A DNA stretch of 64,000 bases, taken from assembly GCF_006345805.1 (NCBI RefSeq), contig NC_043004.1, forward strand, positions 77,252,001 to 77,316,000, written 5' to 3'. Both the position numbers and the translations under genes were made by a program. This document shows, piece after piece, positions 39,040 through 52,568 of the stretch (position 1 is its first letter; each line of letters opens with the position of its first letter). Under the pieces are notes generated by a model. That model was not told the DNA's origin and searched no databases. It saw only the letters and a list, made by a program, of their open reading frames with translations. The DNA comes from Octopus sinensis (lineage: Eukaryota).

Positions 39040-39231
39040 GGGTGGCGAGCTGGCTATATCGTTCGCAAGAGAACAGAAGCCTATGAAAATGAAAGACGAG
39101 TTGGCCAAGTGGAAAAGCGCACGGCAATGAAGGCTAGAACTAACACAACAGAGCGTTTCATCGTGTGTCCAGTATGCGACCATTGTACATCCGACTTTGG
39201 CCTCAGATCCCCCATGAGGGTACGCAAATGA
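39040..39231 (+). mobile_element. RTE-clade LINE C-terminal zinc-finger remnant
   Basis: FIVCPVCDHCTSDFGLRSPMRVRK matches the RTE C-terminal C2H2-like motif. Confidence 0.6.
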
Positions 39232-39284
39232 ACAAAATGCTAGGGTGGATTCTATCGGCCACGGTAGTCGCCCCACTTATTATT

Positions 39285-39610
39285 ATTATTCACTTGAAAC
39301 GGAAAGTGAGGGACAGCAATTTTGTTAAAAGGGGAGAATATCGCATGAATAGCCCGAGTGAAGACAAAGTAGACAAAGTGCCTGTAGACAGAGTGGAGAG
39401 GATGCATATCCTGGGGGTCAGGACTATCATGGATGTGTGGGAATTCCAAGAGCAGTCCAAGGAGGTCTCCCACTTTTGGAGAATTTTGTTGATGTAATCT
39501 ATTGTTTTTCATTGTTTACACGAATTATATCTATCCCCACATTCTATTTGTCCTGTGCTGTCCACAATGTTTTGTTTTTCTGTAAACCCTTTGTGATTAA
39601 TAAAAAAAAC
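39285..39610 (+). mobile_element. Second Tx1-like family, short 3' end
   Basis: HLKRKVR as in copies A-D, then a 3' UTR ending in aataaaaaaaac; short (TAT) runs on both sides. Confidence 0.45.
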
Positions 39611-39636
39611 TATTATTGTAATTAATATTGTTATTT

Positions 39637-39800
39637 AGGCGGCGAGCTGGCAGAATCGTTAGCAAGCCGGGTGAAATACTCAGCCGAGGTCGACTTTGCC
39701 TTCCATCCTTTCGGGATGGATTAAATATATACCAGTTACACACTGAGGTCGATGTAATCGACTTAATCATTCCCCCCAAATTTTAGGCCTTGTGCTTCCA
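39637..39800 (+). mobile_element. SINE family S3 with an internal deletion
   Basis: aggcggcgagctggcagaatcgttagc...gaggtcgactttgccttccatcctttcgg; homologs at 59280-59580 and 61720-61890. Confidence 0.7.
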
Positions 39801-40199
39801 GTAGAAAGGATTCTTATTATTGTTATTTTCATCATCATCTTTCAATTCCGTTTCCATTTCTTGCCGAGTGTCTTCCTGACACCTAGGGCAGAGAAACGTA
39901 TTGTATACATTAGTAGGACATTAAAATGAACACCGAATTGTTCATTTACGAAGACATGTAATAGAGAAAAGGGAGAAGACAGAGAGAAAAAGGAAAAAAT
40001 TAAAAAATAAGAAAGTAAACAAATAAAATAAAGTGGGGGATAAGGGAAAGAAAATTCAGAGGCGTTGCTCTTCTCAATACGTGTGACGTACTAGTTAAGA
40101 CAATCTTTTGCATTTCCTGTATGGATGGTAAGCCAGGGATCATTCTTAAATAATTCAGTACTTTTTTTTATCATTCCAAGTGTTCCTACAATTATTATT

Positions 40200-41330
40200 A
40201 TACTAGAGGATATCTAAGAAAACATAAGAAAATTATAAGTTTGTTTTAAAATTTGGGATTGCATAGACAGCATTTTACGTAGGATATGAGCAGTTCCCAT
40301 TAGAACTATCTATTGAATTTCTTCCATTTTGGGATTTCCTGGTATCTCAGCTAGGTAGCAATCAGCCCTTTCGCTAGCATTTCTAAGGCACCTATGACAA
40401 CAGGAATTATTATAGTCTTAAGGTTTTACATTTTGCCAATTTCTGTTTCAAGAGCTTTATACTTGCTTAGTCTTTGATAGGTCTTGACAGATACATTTAT
40501 GTCGATTGGGACAGTCATATTGATTAGGAGGCATGATTTTTTGTTTGAAATCCTTCAATATAATGTCTGACCTATTTGCATCTATCTTTCTGTCAGTTTG
40601 AACAGCAAAGTTCTAAAGGAGTTAGATGTGATATTTTCAAACACTGGCGGTGGTTTGTGTTCCCACCAGTTTTTATCATGGGACACGTCCAAATCTTTGC
40701 AAATTACCCAGTGAATATACTGTGCTGCTCTATCATGCATACTGAGATACTTTGTAGGCGCTAGAAGATACATGGAGACAACATGATTGATGGTTTCATT
40801 TTGTTGGGCTACTGCCGTTCTTTAATATGGTGGTCTGGTATCTCCTTATAGGTAGGCATTGATCTTGGGCTTCTATGACAAACCCTTGTTTCTGATTCTA
40901 AGCAGGAAGACACTACCCATTGATGAGTAAGGGCTTTGTCAACATCGGCATTATTAGATTTCTTTGGGTATTTGCCTTTGAGATGTCTTTCTTGCTATTT
41001 ATCGGTAAGAATATCTAAAACAGCAGTTTTAGTAAGGGTTTTCATACGCTTAGCCTTTTTTTGTACTTGTTTCCATTCCGCCTAATTCTGAGACTTATTC
41101 TATTTGGAATTCACTTAGATATTTCTATGCCTGTTTTGTTACTGAGTATAACATTTACTTGTTTTCATGCTTTATGACAATTTTTAACATCCAGTCATCA
41201 GAGTTTTTCAGGTATGCATCTAGTGGGTTACTTACATGTAGATCATATGCTCTCTATGCACTTCTTCGATAAACATGTATAATTCTTTAGGTGTAAAATT
41301 ATACCATACGCATTCCATTTGATTGTCCTT
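40200..41330 (-). mobile_element. R4/Dong-clade LINE, decayed post-RT to C-terminal region
   Basis: LESET-GFVIEAQD motif near 40860-40905, HDRAAQYIHWVICK (ORF 40582-40773), C-terminal end homologous to 4382-4680. Confidence 0.65.
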
Positions 41331-41814
41331 GTTTGTGGCGACGATATATAAATATTGCATTAAAGAAAGTATATATTAACAAAAACAACAGATAATGAAT
41401 TTTTTTAATATTTTATTATTACTAGTTGAAAAATATACATCGTCTTTAGAAGACCCAACATAATGACAAGAATTGCCTGCCATCATAAACATTTTGCACG
41501 AAGATAACTAAAGGCATGGGAAATGAAAGGCATATGATTAACGTCATCAATCGGCTAGAGTACATAGAATATTCGAGCTGAGTGAAAAACAGAATAGAGG
41601 CACATCAGAATATGATGAGGAAAATAACTCTTTTGATCAAACGAATAGCATAAAGCTGGATTGTAGTGAAAGAATTTTAGCAGCTCACTGGATTAGGCGT
41701 TGTGTCAATTAAAATTGCTTGCATGACTCTTCAACCATTTAAACGCAAAGACACATACATTCATACATACATACATACATACATACATACATACATACAT
41801 ACATACATACATAC

Positions 41815-43830
41815 ATAAGTTTAGCAAATTCGCTGAGAACTGCATCAACACGAATGGCTCCAATTGGTCGTAAAAATAATACATCACATCATATTTTAAA
41901 ACATACATTAGAATATGTATAGAGCTAGCTAAAGACAAATAAAATTCAGAAATGGCCTCACTAAGCTCTTGAAATGTGATTGACGGTGTATGTATTATTC
42001 CACTGATGCTCATACAAATACATCTCCCTTACACCCAAAGAAGTGCATCTTCCGTGATTTGCTGTTTTAAAAATGATGAAAATCCCCAGAAAACAGCAAG
42101 GCGACATCCCACGCTACTTGGAATATACCTACCTGTCTGCCTGCCTACCTACCTACCTACCTACCTACCTACCTACCTACCTACCTACCAACCTACCTAC
42201 CTACCTACCTACCTACCTACCCACCTGCCTACCTACCTACCAACCAACTTACCTATATACATACATATATACATGCTTTCATGCATGTATACATACATAC
42301 AAACATAAACTTACATACATACATACATGCATACATACATACATACATACGTACATACATGCATGCATGCATACATACATACATACATACATACATACAT
42401 ACATACATACATGCATGCATGCATACATACATACATACATACATACATACATACATACATACATACATGCATACATACATGCATACATTCTCTACTTATA
42501 GCACGTACTACATCAGGTACGCTTTTCACTATGCAAAACTATTCGTCGACATTGTTTCACAGGGAAATGTACGTAAAATATTTTTATTTAGAATGATATA
42601 CAAAGGAAACATATTTATTCGATAAATACCATTGATTAGGATCAGTAAACCAATGACAGGTATTGAGCAGCTATGTAAAGAAGAATGTATTCTTCTGGCA
42701 TCTCAGTCAATCAATGCAACAATGAAGATCTGTATAACATTGTAAAGTTCTTCTAATATTGTGGAGATTGTTTGAAACTAGACTATCTATGATCAAATAT
42801 ATCTATGTTTGAAGGTATTCCAGTCTTAACATCCTGACTTTCTGTATATTTTGCACTACATTAATAAATGTATCCTTCTTCATCTAGGACGGTAGGGTGT
42901 CTACTTTGGGATGACTTTGCTGCTGTTTCTGGCAAGTCGATCGATTACGCAGATGATCATTCGCTATATTCTTATCCACTGATGAATTAGGCATTTTTAT
43001 TACAAAATTGATTCTTGCAAGCAATACTGAATTCGCTTTAAACTTATTAACATACTTTATAAAAGTTAAATATTGTAAATACTAACATGCATAGATACAT
43101 ACAGTGAAGATAGCTAAGTCGGACGGTACTCCCTGGTAATATGCATAAAAATACTACAGGATCACCAGGCATCGTAAAACTGAATACAGGACGCAATTGT
43201 TTTTTCATTGATGTGTGTATAAGACGACTGATTGCTACAGACTCATAGAAATATATCTACCATTCATAAAAATACCTTTCGAAATTTGCTGTTTTTTAAA
43301 AAGTGGTGAAACACCTCAGTAAATAGTACGGTTGACATCCTCCTTATCCTGCGCTGCATTCATACATGCATGCATGCATACATACATACATGCACGCACG
43401 CACATACATACATACATACATACATACATACATACATACATACATACATACATACATACATACATACATACATACATACATACATACATACATACATACA
43501 TACATGGCGTGTTTATTCCACCGCGCTAATTAACAAATGTTTAAAGAGTCTCAGAATTTTCGAGAACATAGCATACGTTGGTGCAGTGAGTAAAGCTTGT
43601 ATGACAAACACTTCAGCAGACTTCAAAAAATATGGACGTAAGAGTTGTCCGCTTCCAATCAGAATTCTATCCATGACGTGTCTGCAGTTCCAGTGGTAGT
43701 ACCAGTACTTCAGACACTGGAAGCGATCCAAAAATTCGACATGAAGACTAGAAATATATTAACCCCCATTGGAAAGCTTTATAAACGAAGGGATGGAAGC
43801 AAGGTACGAGATTTGTCAAAATGGCTTTTG
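41815..43830 (+). mobile_element. Heavily decayed R4-like RT region interrupted by (CCTA)/(CATA) arrays
   Basis: Fragments resembling GIFQ near 42810 and AIQKFDMKTRNILT...LYKRRDG at 43645-43800; many stops. Confidence 0.35.
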
Positions 43831-43889
43831 AGTACCATCTGTAGGGAACTAATACGGATATTGTTCTATATTTTAATAGATGAAGAATT

Positions 43890-44260
43890 ATGTACATTAT
43901 TTTACATTTGACGATATTTGCCTCATCTTGTCTTTTGTTGTTAACACAACGTTTCGGCTGATATACCCTACAGCCTTCATCAGATGTCTTGGGCATATGG
44001 CATAGTGGTTAAGAGCGCGGGCTACTAACCCCAAGATTCCGAGTTCGATTCCAGGCAGTGACAAGAAGAAGAAGAAGAAGAAGAAGAAGAAGAAGAAGAA
44101 GATCGAAAAATACCTTAGGAATGAGAACCCTGGTTCGAAATTTCCCCAAGACACCTGATGAAGGCTGGAGAGTATATCAGCTGAAATATCAGCCGAAACG
44201 TTGTGTTAACAACAAACAAGATGAGGACAAATATCCGTCAAATGTAAATAATGTAATACG
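43890..44260. mobile_element. Inverted pair of family A hammerhead repeats around a tRNA-like segment and (AAG)n
   Basis: Motif 43943-43988 (-); A box tggcatagtgg 43998-44008; B box gttcgattcc 44043-44052; (AAG)n 44063-44101; motif 44150-44207 (+). Confidence 0.7.
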
Positions 44261-44842
44261 GAAATTGTTGATCATATATCCAGTCTATTTTTATTTATAC
44301 TTGCTATCATAAATACTCAGTGATATGCATATCTGACAAAAAATAGTTTTTCAAGAAAAAACAAAGCGATCGTCCTCTAAATCCAATCTACTTGTGGTAC
44401 GGGGAAGTTTTGTAAAACATTCCAGAGATTCCCAATTCAATGAGCTGCAATTAACATATATTCACAATCACATGTGCGTAAATAACAAGCACACATATAT
44501 GGTTATACATGGAGAATAATCAGTCTCACTGGGGTGAGACTTGTACAGCAGTAGATGAATGCAAGTATGTTCATGTATACACCTACATAGATATACATAT
44601 TAATTTTAAATATTCACAGACCCTTTGAACAGTCAGACACAAAAATCCTTCTCGGTTGAATTCTGCGATGAATTTAAATAAACCTCTAAAAAAACATGCA
44701 TTCATTTATATTAGCATACACGTAAAAATAAATAAATGGAATTATACGTAAATACATTTAAATATATTTAAGTGCGCGCTTATACACATGCACATAGGTA
44801 GGCACACACACATACACACACACATACACACACACATACACA

Positions 44843-44885
<43 letters not shown>

Positions 44886-47296
44886 GCAAGCAAACAAGCA
44901 CACGGAACCATTCATGTTTACATATAGAGATGTCCAAATTGTATTAATAAAAAAAATAGCATCCTGAGAATTTCGATTAAGATTTTGATGTAATCTTAAG
45001 ACTTCTAGACAGATATCAATTATCTTTTTTAAAGAATGTTTCTTTCCAATAAGTTATTTGTCGCCGTGGATTGAGTCGAGCCATTTTCTTCAAACACACA
45101 TACAAACATACCTGCACACACACAGATAGACACAGGGCCTCTCGCTTACACACATACAAGCACATACACACGTACTTACACACTCACATGTATATACATA
45201 CACATATGTATAATATTTGAATATATATGTGCTTGTATGTATATGTGTACAAGTACACTATATATGAAATTATACACACACACACACCCAACGCACACAT
45301 TAGCCGAAACGGAGATAAAACTACATCAATTATATCTCAATGCATATACATAAACATAAGGAGTTCAAAAAAAAAGGTTACAGAAAGATATTTCCTGTTT
45401 TTCTGTTAACGGTGAATTTCTCACACTTGGAGAAAGCTAAAAAACGTGAGATTGTCAGGTTTAGTTGACCCAATCGGCATCAACACTTGCCGCTTGATGC
45501 CTGTTTTATGAACCTGGTCTGAGGAAAGACAAATTTTGACCTGACTGAATTAAATTATATGGGAATCTTCAAAAGCAATATATAATATGTAAATCATTGA
45601 CGATTATCTTCATTGAACAATGAGATATTAATATTGTTAAGTCCCTCGATGATGACTAATTTTAGGTAAAAAAAAAAAGAGAGAGAGAGAGAGAGAGAAA
45701 ATATATCAGAAGCTTGAATGTATAAGATCATTTTTAAATAAAGATAATTTAATCGTATTGGACGTAGCAACTGGCTGAGGGAATTGTGTTTAAAGTACCC
45801 TGGTAAATATCATGAATGGAGCTGTTGTTCATTTCACAAATGTTTCATTAGCTTGTAATACGGAGTGTACAGGGAGAAACGGACTCTGCCAGTTTGAGTG
45901 GCTTTAAATACATTACAATACACGGAGACAAACCAATGTGTTAATAAAATCCAGAGAGCTCAGCCGATCTGTTGTTATCAAAAATATTTTAAAACAATTT
46001 TTAATGAGTCTGAAAATTCCCATATCCGTAGTCTGACAAAAAAAGAAAATATGTCTCTTAAACGAAAAGAGATAAAATTTAAGCCAATACAGTTTATCTC
46101 AAAAATTTGTTTGAGTTAATTGCTTTTTTGTCCATTAGTTCAAATAACACGCACTGCTGTAATCTCGGACACTGTCTTTTCAATGCATTTTTGCCATCCA
46201 TCGTTTTCATTTTTTTTTTTTCTTGTTAATAATTATTTTATGGTGAAGACAAAACTACTATTGAGAGGCAGGTATATTTGTGCAAATAAATAGATTCAAG
46301 GGAAACAGAAAAATAAATGTAAGTTATTCAGACAAAATATGGTCGAAAGAAATGTGGTGGGAAGTAAGAAGTTTAACATAAATATATGTTCTTGACAGTA
46401 ATTCAACGGAAATGCTGACAATTGTCTGACAAACTTATAAGAATCAAAAATAAGTTTGTTGTTTCAGATTAACAAGTGTGGCGTTTTATCAAAATGGAAG
46501 CCAATTGTATTTACGAAGGATAAAAATAACACTGTTTTGATGAATGTTCTGATTTTACTTGTTCAGAAACCAAACAAAACAGCAATTTTACTTTAAAAAA
46601 AAGTTTCAAGAAGGCACAGCATAAAACCAAAAGTCGTTTCTACTCTTTAGATAATGTCTCGAATATTGCACTTTGAAAGATGTTCATTGTTTGAATCAAA
46701 GCAATTATCAGATCCTTTTTTCTGCTTTTCGTCATATCCATCGACATGGTTAGTTAGATCTGCAGTCATTTGTAGGCTGAATCATATTTGTACGTATATT
46801 TATTCCATCCAATAAGAAGCAACGTTATAAAAGCGTCCGCTTCGATCAGAAATCTTTTACGTTTAATCAAAACCAAATGTGTTATAAATCGCCCAAACTC
46901 TGGTTACTAACCACAGAAAGACAGATCATTGCAACAAAACATCAAAAAAGAAAAAGAACACTCAACATAGACATTTTCGACAGATTTGCATTCGCTGCTG
47001 TTATCAACAGCATTGCCAGCGATAAGTCTCTTGATATTTTTAAAGAAAAGAAGTTGCTAAATAATTTGAAGACTTCTTTCAAACTTAAAATTGTTCTCTT
47101 TGTGTAAAATACGTATTTTATTCTTGTTTCATTTATTTTTTAAAAGAAAAATATTGTCCACAAAAAGAAAAAATAGCAAATATTTCATTGCCGGCTGTAA
47201 ATTCAGAGGAAATTGTCGCTTACTCCAAAATAAGTTCATGTTGCTGTGATCGGAAGGAACAAGATATATGGCGGATGATGATAGAATCTCAGCAGC

Positions 47297-48739
47297 TCAA
47301 CCAGTGATTTCAAATATACCTCGGTTACCGTTTATGATATTTAAATTGTGCTCCAGAACTGGTGGGTCACTCTGAAAATCGGGGATATCTTCTAATAAGA
47401 CATAGGGGCTTGGCTGAGGTTGAGCACAACCATTGTACCCACGCCTGATACCAACATCATTGACCATGTACGTGCTGTTTGAGTTGTTGTTAGTATTATT
47501 GTTGGTGTTATAACGAAGATAAGTGTTGTTTGATGTCAAACCGGGTGTCATACTTCCAGTAGGCAACGAGGCTTCCCTATGTTCTGCATTCAACGGACTC
47601 AGATTACGCGGTGTAGTGTAATTAGTGTACTGTTGATGGGTGGGCGGTGGTAGTGAAGTGATCATGCCGTTAGATGGGGCGTGAGGAGAAGAAGACAATC
47701 GATTGGATGGAATCTGGCCTACCATTGTGATTGGCCCGATATTCATGTTTGGTTGTGGCTGTTGTGACTGTTGTGGTGGTGGCGGAGGAGGAGGCGGAAG
47801 TGGTTGTTGTTGTTGTGGTTGCGACTGTAATTGGTGATGTTGATGCTGTTGGTGGTGATGGGGGTGTGGGTGAGGATGGTGGGGGTGAGGAAGTGGTGGA
47901 ATGTGTTGCTGCTGTTCCTGCGGTTGCATACTTTGCTGACTCTGCTGCTGTTGATGGTGATGAGGAGGAGGAGGAGGAGGATGATGATGATGATGCAGAG
48001 TCGTTGCATAGGAAGACGGAGGATATGGAATTTGAGTAACAGCGCTACCAAAGTCTATCTGACTACTAAAATCATATTGATATGTTTTAGGTAGGGTAGA
48101 ATCGGGGTGCAATGTTCGAGGATTAAGCTGAAGACATCCAGCAACGAGATTCATTGTGTTTTGAGAAAGACCTTTTGACAAAGCTTTCGCAAAACTGACA
48201 CCATCTGGTTTAGTACCATTTTTTAAAATTTCTCCCAAGGCACTGATATAATTGCGTGCCAGTCGTAACGTTTCAATTTTCGATAGCTTCTGTGTCTTGG
48301 ACGTGCATGGCACGTGCAATCGCAAAGTGTCCAATGCATCGTTCAAACCATGCATGCGGTTGCGTTCTCGTGCATTTGCTTTAACTCGTCGCAAGCGTAA
48401 TTTTTGCACTCGCGCTTTTGTCATCCGTTTCTTCTTTGGACCACGTTTCTTTGGAAGACGTGGTTCGTTCTTGTCTTTGGAAGACGGTTTCTCTTCCTTC
48501 TTCCTGCGGTAAGGATAGTTTTTCGCGCTTTTCTTCATCTTTGTATCACTCATTTCTTGTTCGTCTTCATTACCAGTCATGCCTTCCAGGCAATCTTCTG
48601 GTTCGCTGCCATAATCATCCAAGTCATCTTCTGAACATGTGTCATCTAGCAAAGAACCATCACCCAACAACTCGCTACTGCTGTCACCAAAACACATTTC
48701 GTCTTCTGTTTCCAAACTTTTGATAGGCATTCTGAACAT
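47297..48739 (-). CDS. neuroD: Neurogenic differentiation factor (NeuroD-family bHLH transcription factor), 480 aa
   Basis: Acidic N-terminus; [15 protein letters not shown] basic region; b[27 protein letters not shown]...[18 protein letters not shown]; NeuroD-specific [22 protein letters not shown]. Acceptor ttatctttCAG directly before the ATG. Confidence 0.97.
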   Translation of the reverse strand: MFRMPIKSLETEDEMCFGDSSSELLGDGSLLDDTCSEDDLDDYGSEPEDCLEGMTGNEDEQEMSDTKMKKSAKNYPYRRKKEEKPSSKDKNEPRLPKKRGPKKKRMTKARVQKLRLRRVKANARERNRMHGLNDALDTLRLHVPCTSKTQKLSKIETLRLARNYISALGEILKNGTKPDGVSFAKALSKGLSQNTMNLVAGCLQLNPRTLHPDSTLPKTYQYDFSSQIDFGSAVTQIPYPPSSYATTLHHHHHPPPPPPHHHQQQQSQQSMQPQEQQQHIPPLPHPHHPHPHPHHHQQHQHHQLQSQPQQQQPLPPPPPPPPQQSQQPQPNMNIGPITMVGQIPSNRLSSSPHAPSNGMITSLPPPTHQQYTNYTTPRNLSPLNAEHREASLPTGSMTPGLTSNNTYLRYNTNNNTNNNSNSTYMVNDVGIRRGYNGCAQPQPSPYVLLEDIPDFQSDPPVLEHNLNIINGNRGIFEITG

Positions 48740-50152
48740 CTGAAAGATAATTATAAAAAAGAATTATTAAGAATATATCAAGGATTAGCATCAAATTATA
48801 TATAAAATATTATACATATCAAGTATGAGAGATTGCGTGTATATGTCCCAGTCTGTGTACATAAATAAACTTCAGTTTTAAACAATATTTGCCTCTATGC
48901 AAGGCCTTAGCACATTGTACACCCTACTGATGTTTTCCCCGTAGATATAATGTATACTTTCTTCTAATAACTACTGTCTTCATCCTATTATATTAACGCG
49001 TCGAAATTTCTCTTATCGCAAAAAAACTCTTTATATCATAGTAGTGAGTCAAAATCTAACAATAAAGATAAGTCTACTACCTTGATAACTACATTGCTTT
49101 ACAACTCGTTGCTTGTCCTTGTAGATTTGTTTTAAGTTTAACCGCTTCTTTAATGATACCTATGGCGTCGATGCCATTCAACACTAAGACGGCCTTAAAA
49201 GTATCTGAAGATCACCAATAACAACTCATGTAAATAAAAACGAAAATTTCGCGTGAACCACAGTTAACCATTTTTTTGAAATCTAGTGCTTTTGTTATAA
49301 AATTGCATTAGAAATCTAAATCAACCGGCAAGAAATCGAACTAATTCTCAATAAAGTATGCTACAGTTATGAAAAAAGAAATGCATTAGATAGTGCAGCC
49401 GATATGCTTGAAATAGAGGGGATGAGCACTGGCGGGCAACTTTGATCATAAGTGTGTGCGATTGGTACACCCTTGGAGCTAAACAACAACGACAAAACAT
49501 TAGTAAAGAAATCTTTCAGTTTCTGATCTTACGCTTTCTAAGATGTGAATACCTAACTGCCTGTTTCCTAAGTCAAACAGGTTTTCCTCTTTCATTAGGA
49601 GATTAGAGCAAAGAAACAAACCACGTCTTCTGAAACGAATTTCAAAAATGTGTTAAGACTAGGTTAAAATGTTATTTACTGTTGATTCTTTACTTGTTGG
49701 GTAACCGGAGTGAGGACAAAGAAGCCGTTATTTGCTTCAATCGGCGATTTACGGAGGCTCTCGGCTTCGGCAACAGTTCAAATTTGCTTTGCTGCATTTT
49801 CTTTCATCGTTGGAGAAAAAGCAGCGACAATAGGTCGATCATATGAAAGGACGCTGTCGTTTATTGACAGATGTTTACACTATATTTGAGATAACTGTCT
49901 GCTTGGTAGCAAAGATAGGCTTTATCTTGCACTGGTTGTTGGAGATTTATCATGGTATTATTAGAATATCAATCTATATAAGAATCCATATTGACAAACT
50001 GGCGATTATCTCGACTGTGTATACAACAACCATACGTTGATTTACGGCTTCAGAGTGACAGAACAAAGCACATATGCATTGTATATTGTTGTAGCGATTC
50101 TAACGCAACCATATAAACATCGCACCATGTATAAATATACATACAAGCATGT

Positions 50153-50202
<50 letters not shown>

Positions 50203-50220
50203 ATATTTATATATATATAT

Positions 50221-50257
<37 letters not shown>

Positions 50258-50288
50258 CCTCATTTATATACATATATATATATATATG

Positions 50289-50348
<60 letters not shown>

Positions 50349-50364
50349 CCATATATATACATAT

Positions 50365-50470
50365 AAGTACTAGGCTTACAAAGAATAAGTTCTAGGGTCG
50401 ATTTGTTTGACTAAAGGCGGTCCTCCAGCATGACCGCAGTCAAATGACTGAAACAAAAGAATAAAAGAAT
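50365..50470 (+). mobile_element. SINE S1 3' fragment within (TA)n
   Basis: taagtactaggcttacaaagaataag...cagtcaaatgactgaaac. Confidence 0.7.
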
Positions 50471-50501
50471 ATACATATATACATATACACATATATGTAT
50501 A

Positions 50502-50559
<58 letters not shown>

Positions 50560-50966
50560 TATAATATATATACATATATACATATATACATATATGTATA
50601 CACACGCACATATATGTATATATATATATATATATATTATGTGTAAATATACTCGAAGTCAATTATACTCAGCCAAAAACTATGTGTACGTGTGCGTGTG
50701 TATCTGTGTATATGTGTGTGTGTGTGTACGCGTGTGCGTACGCGCGCATGTATGCTTGCATTCATTTTTTGTCCGTTCGTCTGTTGAATATAAACATGCG
50801 AACATATTGACTCATGTAGTACAATAGTGCGACACATACCAACCCAAACATGCAGAATACTAATTACTGTTCTTAGAATAAAAGATGTCTGATAAAAGAC
50901 TAACTTCCATTAAGGGATCAAACGAATTTAATGATGTGAGTGAATGCGTGAGTGTGTTTGCGCATG

Positions 50967-51057
<91 letters not shown>

Positions 51058-51261
51058 GTGTGTGCATGGGGTTGTGGGTTTGGTTTACATATGATAGAAT
51101 TGACTGTGATTGGTTCGCGAACGATAACAAAACGAGGAGAGCGAGCTGCTGATAGGAAGTCAACGATCTGTCCTCAGTCGATTCTCTCCTCAAGCTAACA
51201 AACGGGATTCGTTCGATCCGCCATTTTAAAATATCGCCGTCATCGAAATATTCAAGTGGCT

Positions 51262-51499
51262 GAAGGTGGTGGCACTGGTGGTGCTGGTGCTGGTGGTGCT
51301 GGTGATGGTGGTGGTGGTGGTGGTGGTGGTGTTGGTGGTGGTGACTCTGGTGGTGGTGGCCCTGGTGGCGGTGATGGTGCTGGTGCTGGTGCTGGTGGTG
51401 CTGGTGCTGGGGGTGCTGGGGGTGCTGTTGGTGGTGGTGATGGTGGTGGTGGTGGTGGTGGTGGTTGTGGTGGTGGTGGTGATGGTGGTGGTGGTCGTG

Positions 51500-51538
<39 letters not shown>

Positions 51539-51590
51539 TTGGTGGCGGCGGCGGCGGTGGTTGTTGTTGTTGTTGTGGTGGTGGTGGGTT
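51262..51590. repeat. Compound (GGT)-based trinucleotide array
   Basis: Directly visible; explains the overlapping poly-H/P/T/G/V ORFs. Confidence 0.9.
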
Positions 51591-52084
51591 TTTTTTTGTG
51601 TATCTGAGATGTGTGATGCAAGGTGTTGTAAGGGTATTGTAAGATGTTGCAGAGCGTTGATGGGTAAGTTTGGACGATAGGACAATGTACGGGGAAGGTG
51701 TTAAGCAAAAAAGTTCTTCTAGCTTGCCTAGCAATGGCATCAGACCGCTATAACAGCCCAGTATAGAAGCCTTAATCTACTTCAGCGTTGCCAAAGTCTC
51801 AGAAAGACGAATGTTGTATTTGTCGATAGAAAACCAACCAGCAACCGGAAACTGAACGGCCATATTGTATCCTTTACTTCCGATTCTGTCACCAACAACC
51901 AGAATGTTAGAAACTAATTACATTTATGTGTCTGCGTGTTTGCTTGCAGATGCATGTTTGCGAAATTTTCTTGCTCGCTTTTATTCGTGTGTATATGTAT
52001 GTGTATGCGTGTGTTTGTGTGCGCACGAGTGTATGTGTGTTCATGTATATTAGTGTTTGTGTGCGTGTGTGTGTGTGCGCGCGC

Positions 52085-52127
<43 letters not shown>

Positions 52128-52314
52128 GGAGTCAAAGAGGGTGGGGTACGGGTAGATAGGTGCATGGATTGTTAGCTATTTATTTACTCGAGGGTGTACA
52201 ATAATGTTTACATTTTTCTTTATGACTAAGTGTGCTGTGTGTACACTTTAATTGCTTACGTGTATATGTGGCGGGGAAACATGTTTATATATATGCACAT
52301 GTATAGTTATATAC

Positions 52315-52445
52315 GAGTGGCATTGTGATTAAAGTGCTGTTCTCATGATCATAAGGTTGTGCGTTCAACTGCAGGACCAGGCGCTGCTGTGTCCTTGAGC
52401 AAAACACTTCATTTCACGTTGCTCCTGGGTTACTCAGCTTAAAGG
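52315..52445 (+). mobile_element. SINE S4, diverged 5' fragment
   Basis: gtgtccttgagcaaaacacttcatttcacgttgctcc matches 37251-37590. Confidence 0.6.
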
Positions 52446-52528
52446 GACTATCATCCGAGTACTGCTGATCCAACAGTCTCCCTCCCTCTCCTCCCCCACT
52501 CTCTCTCTCTCTCTCACTCTCTCTCTCC

Positions 52529-52568
<40 letters not shown>

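Noticed and set aside
43991-44062. Functional tRNA gene
   Set aside because: A and B boxes are present but the acceptor stem does not pair and there is no terminator; treated as a SINE-type head.
50918-51685. 255-aa His-rich ORF as an upstream coding exon of NeuroD
   Set aside because: Mostly (ACC)n and (CA)n repeat translation; no convincing donor in the needed phase.
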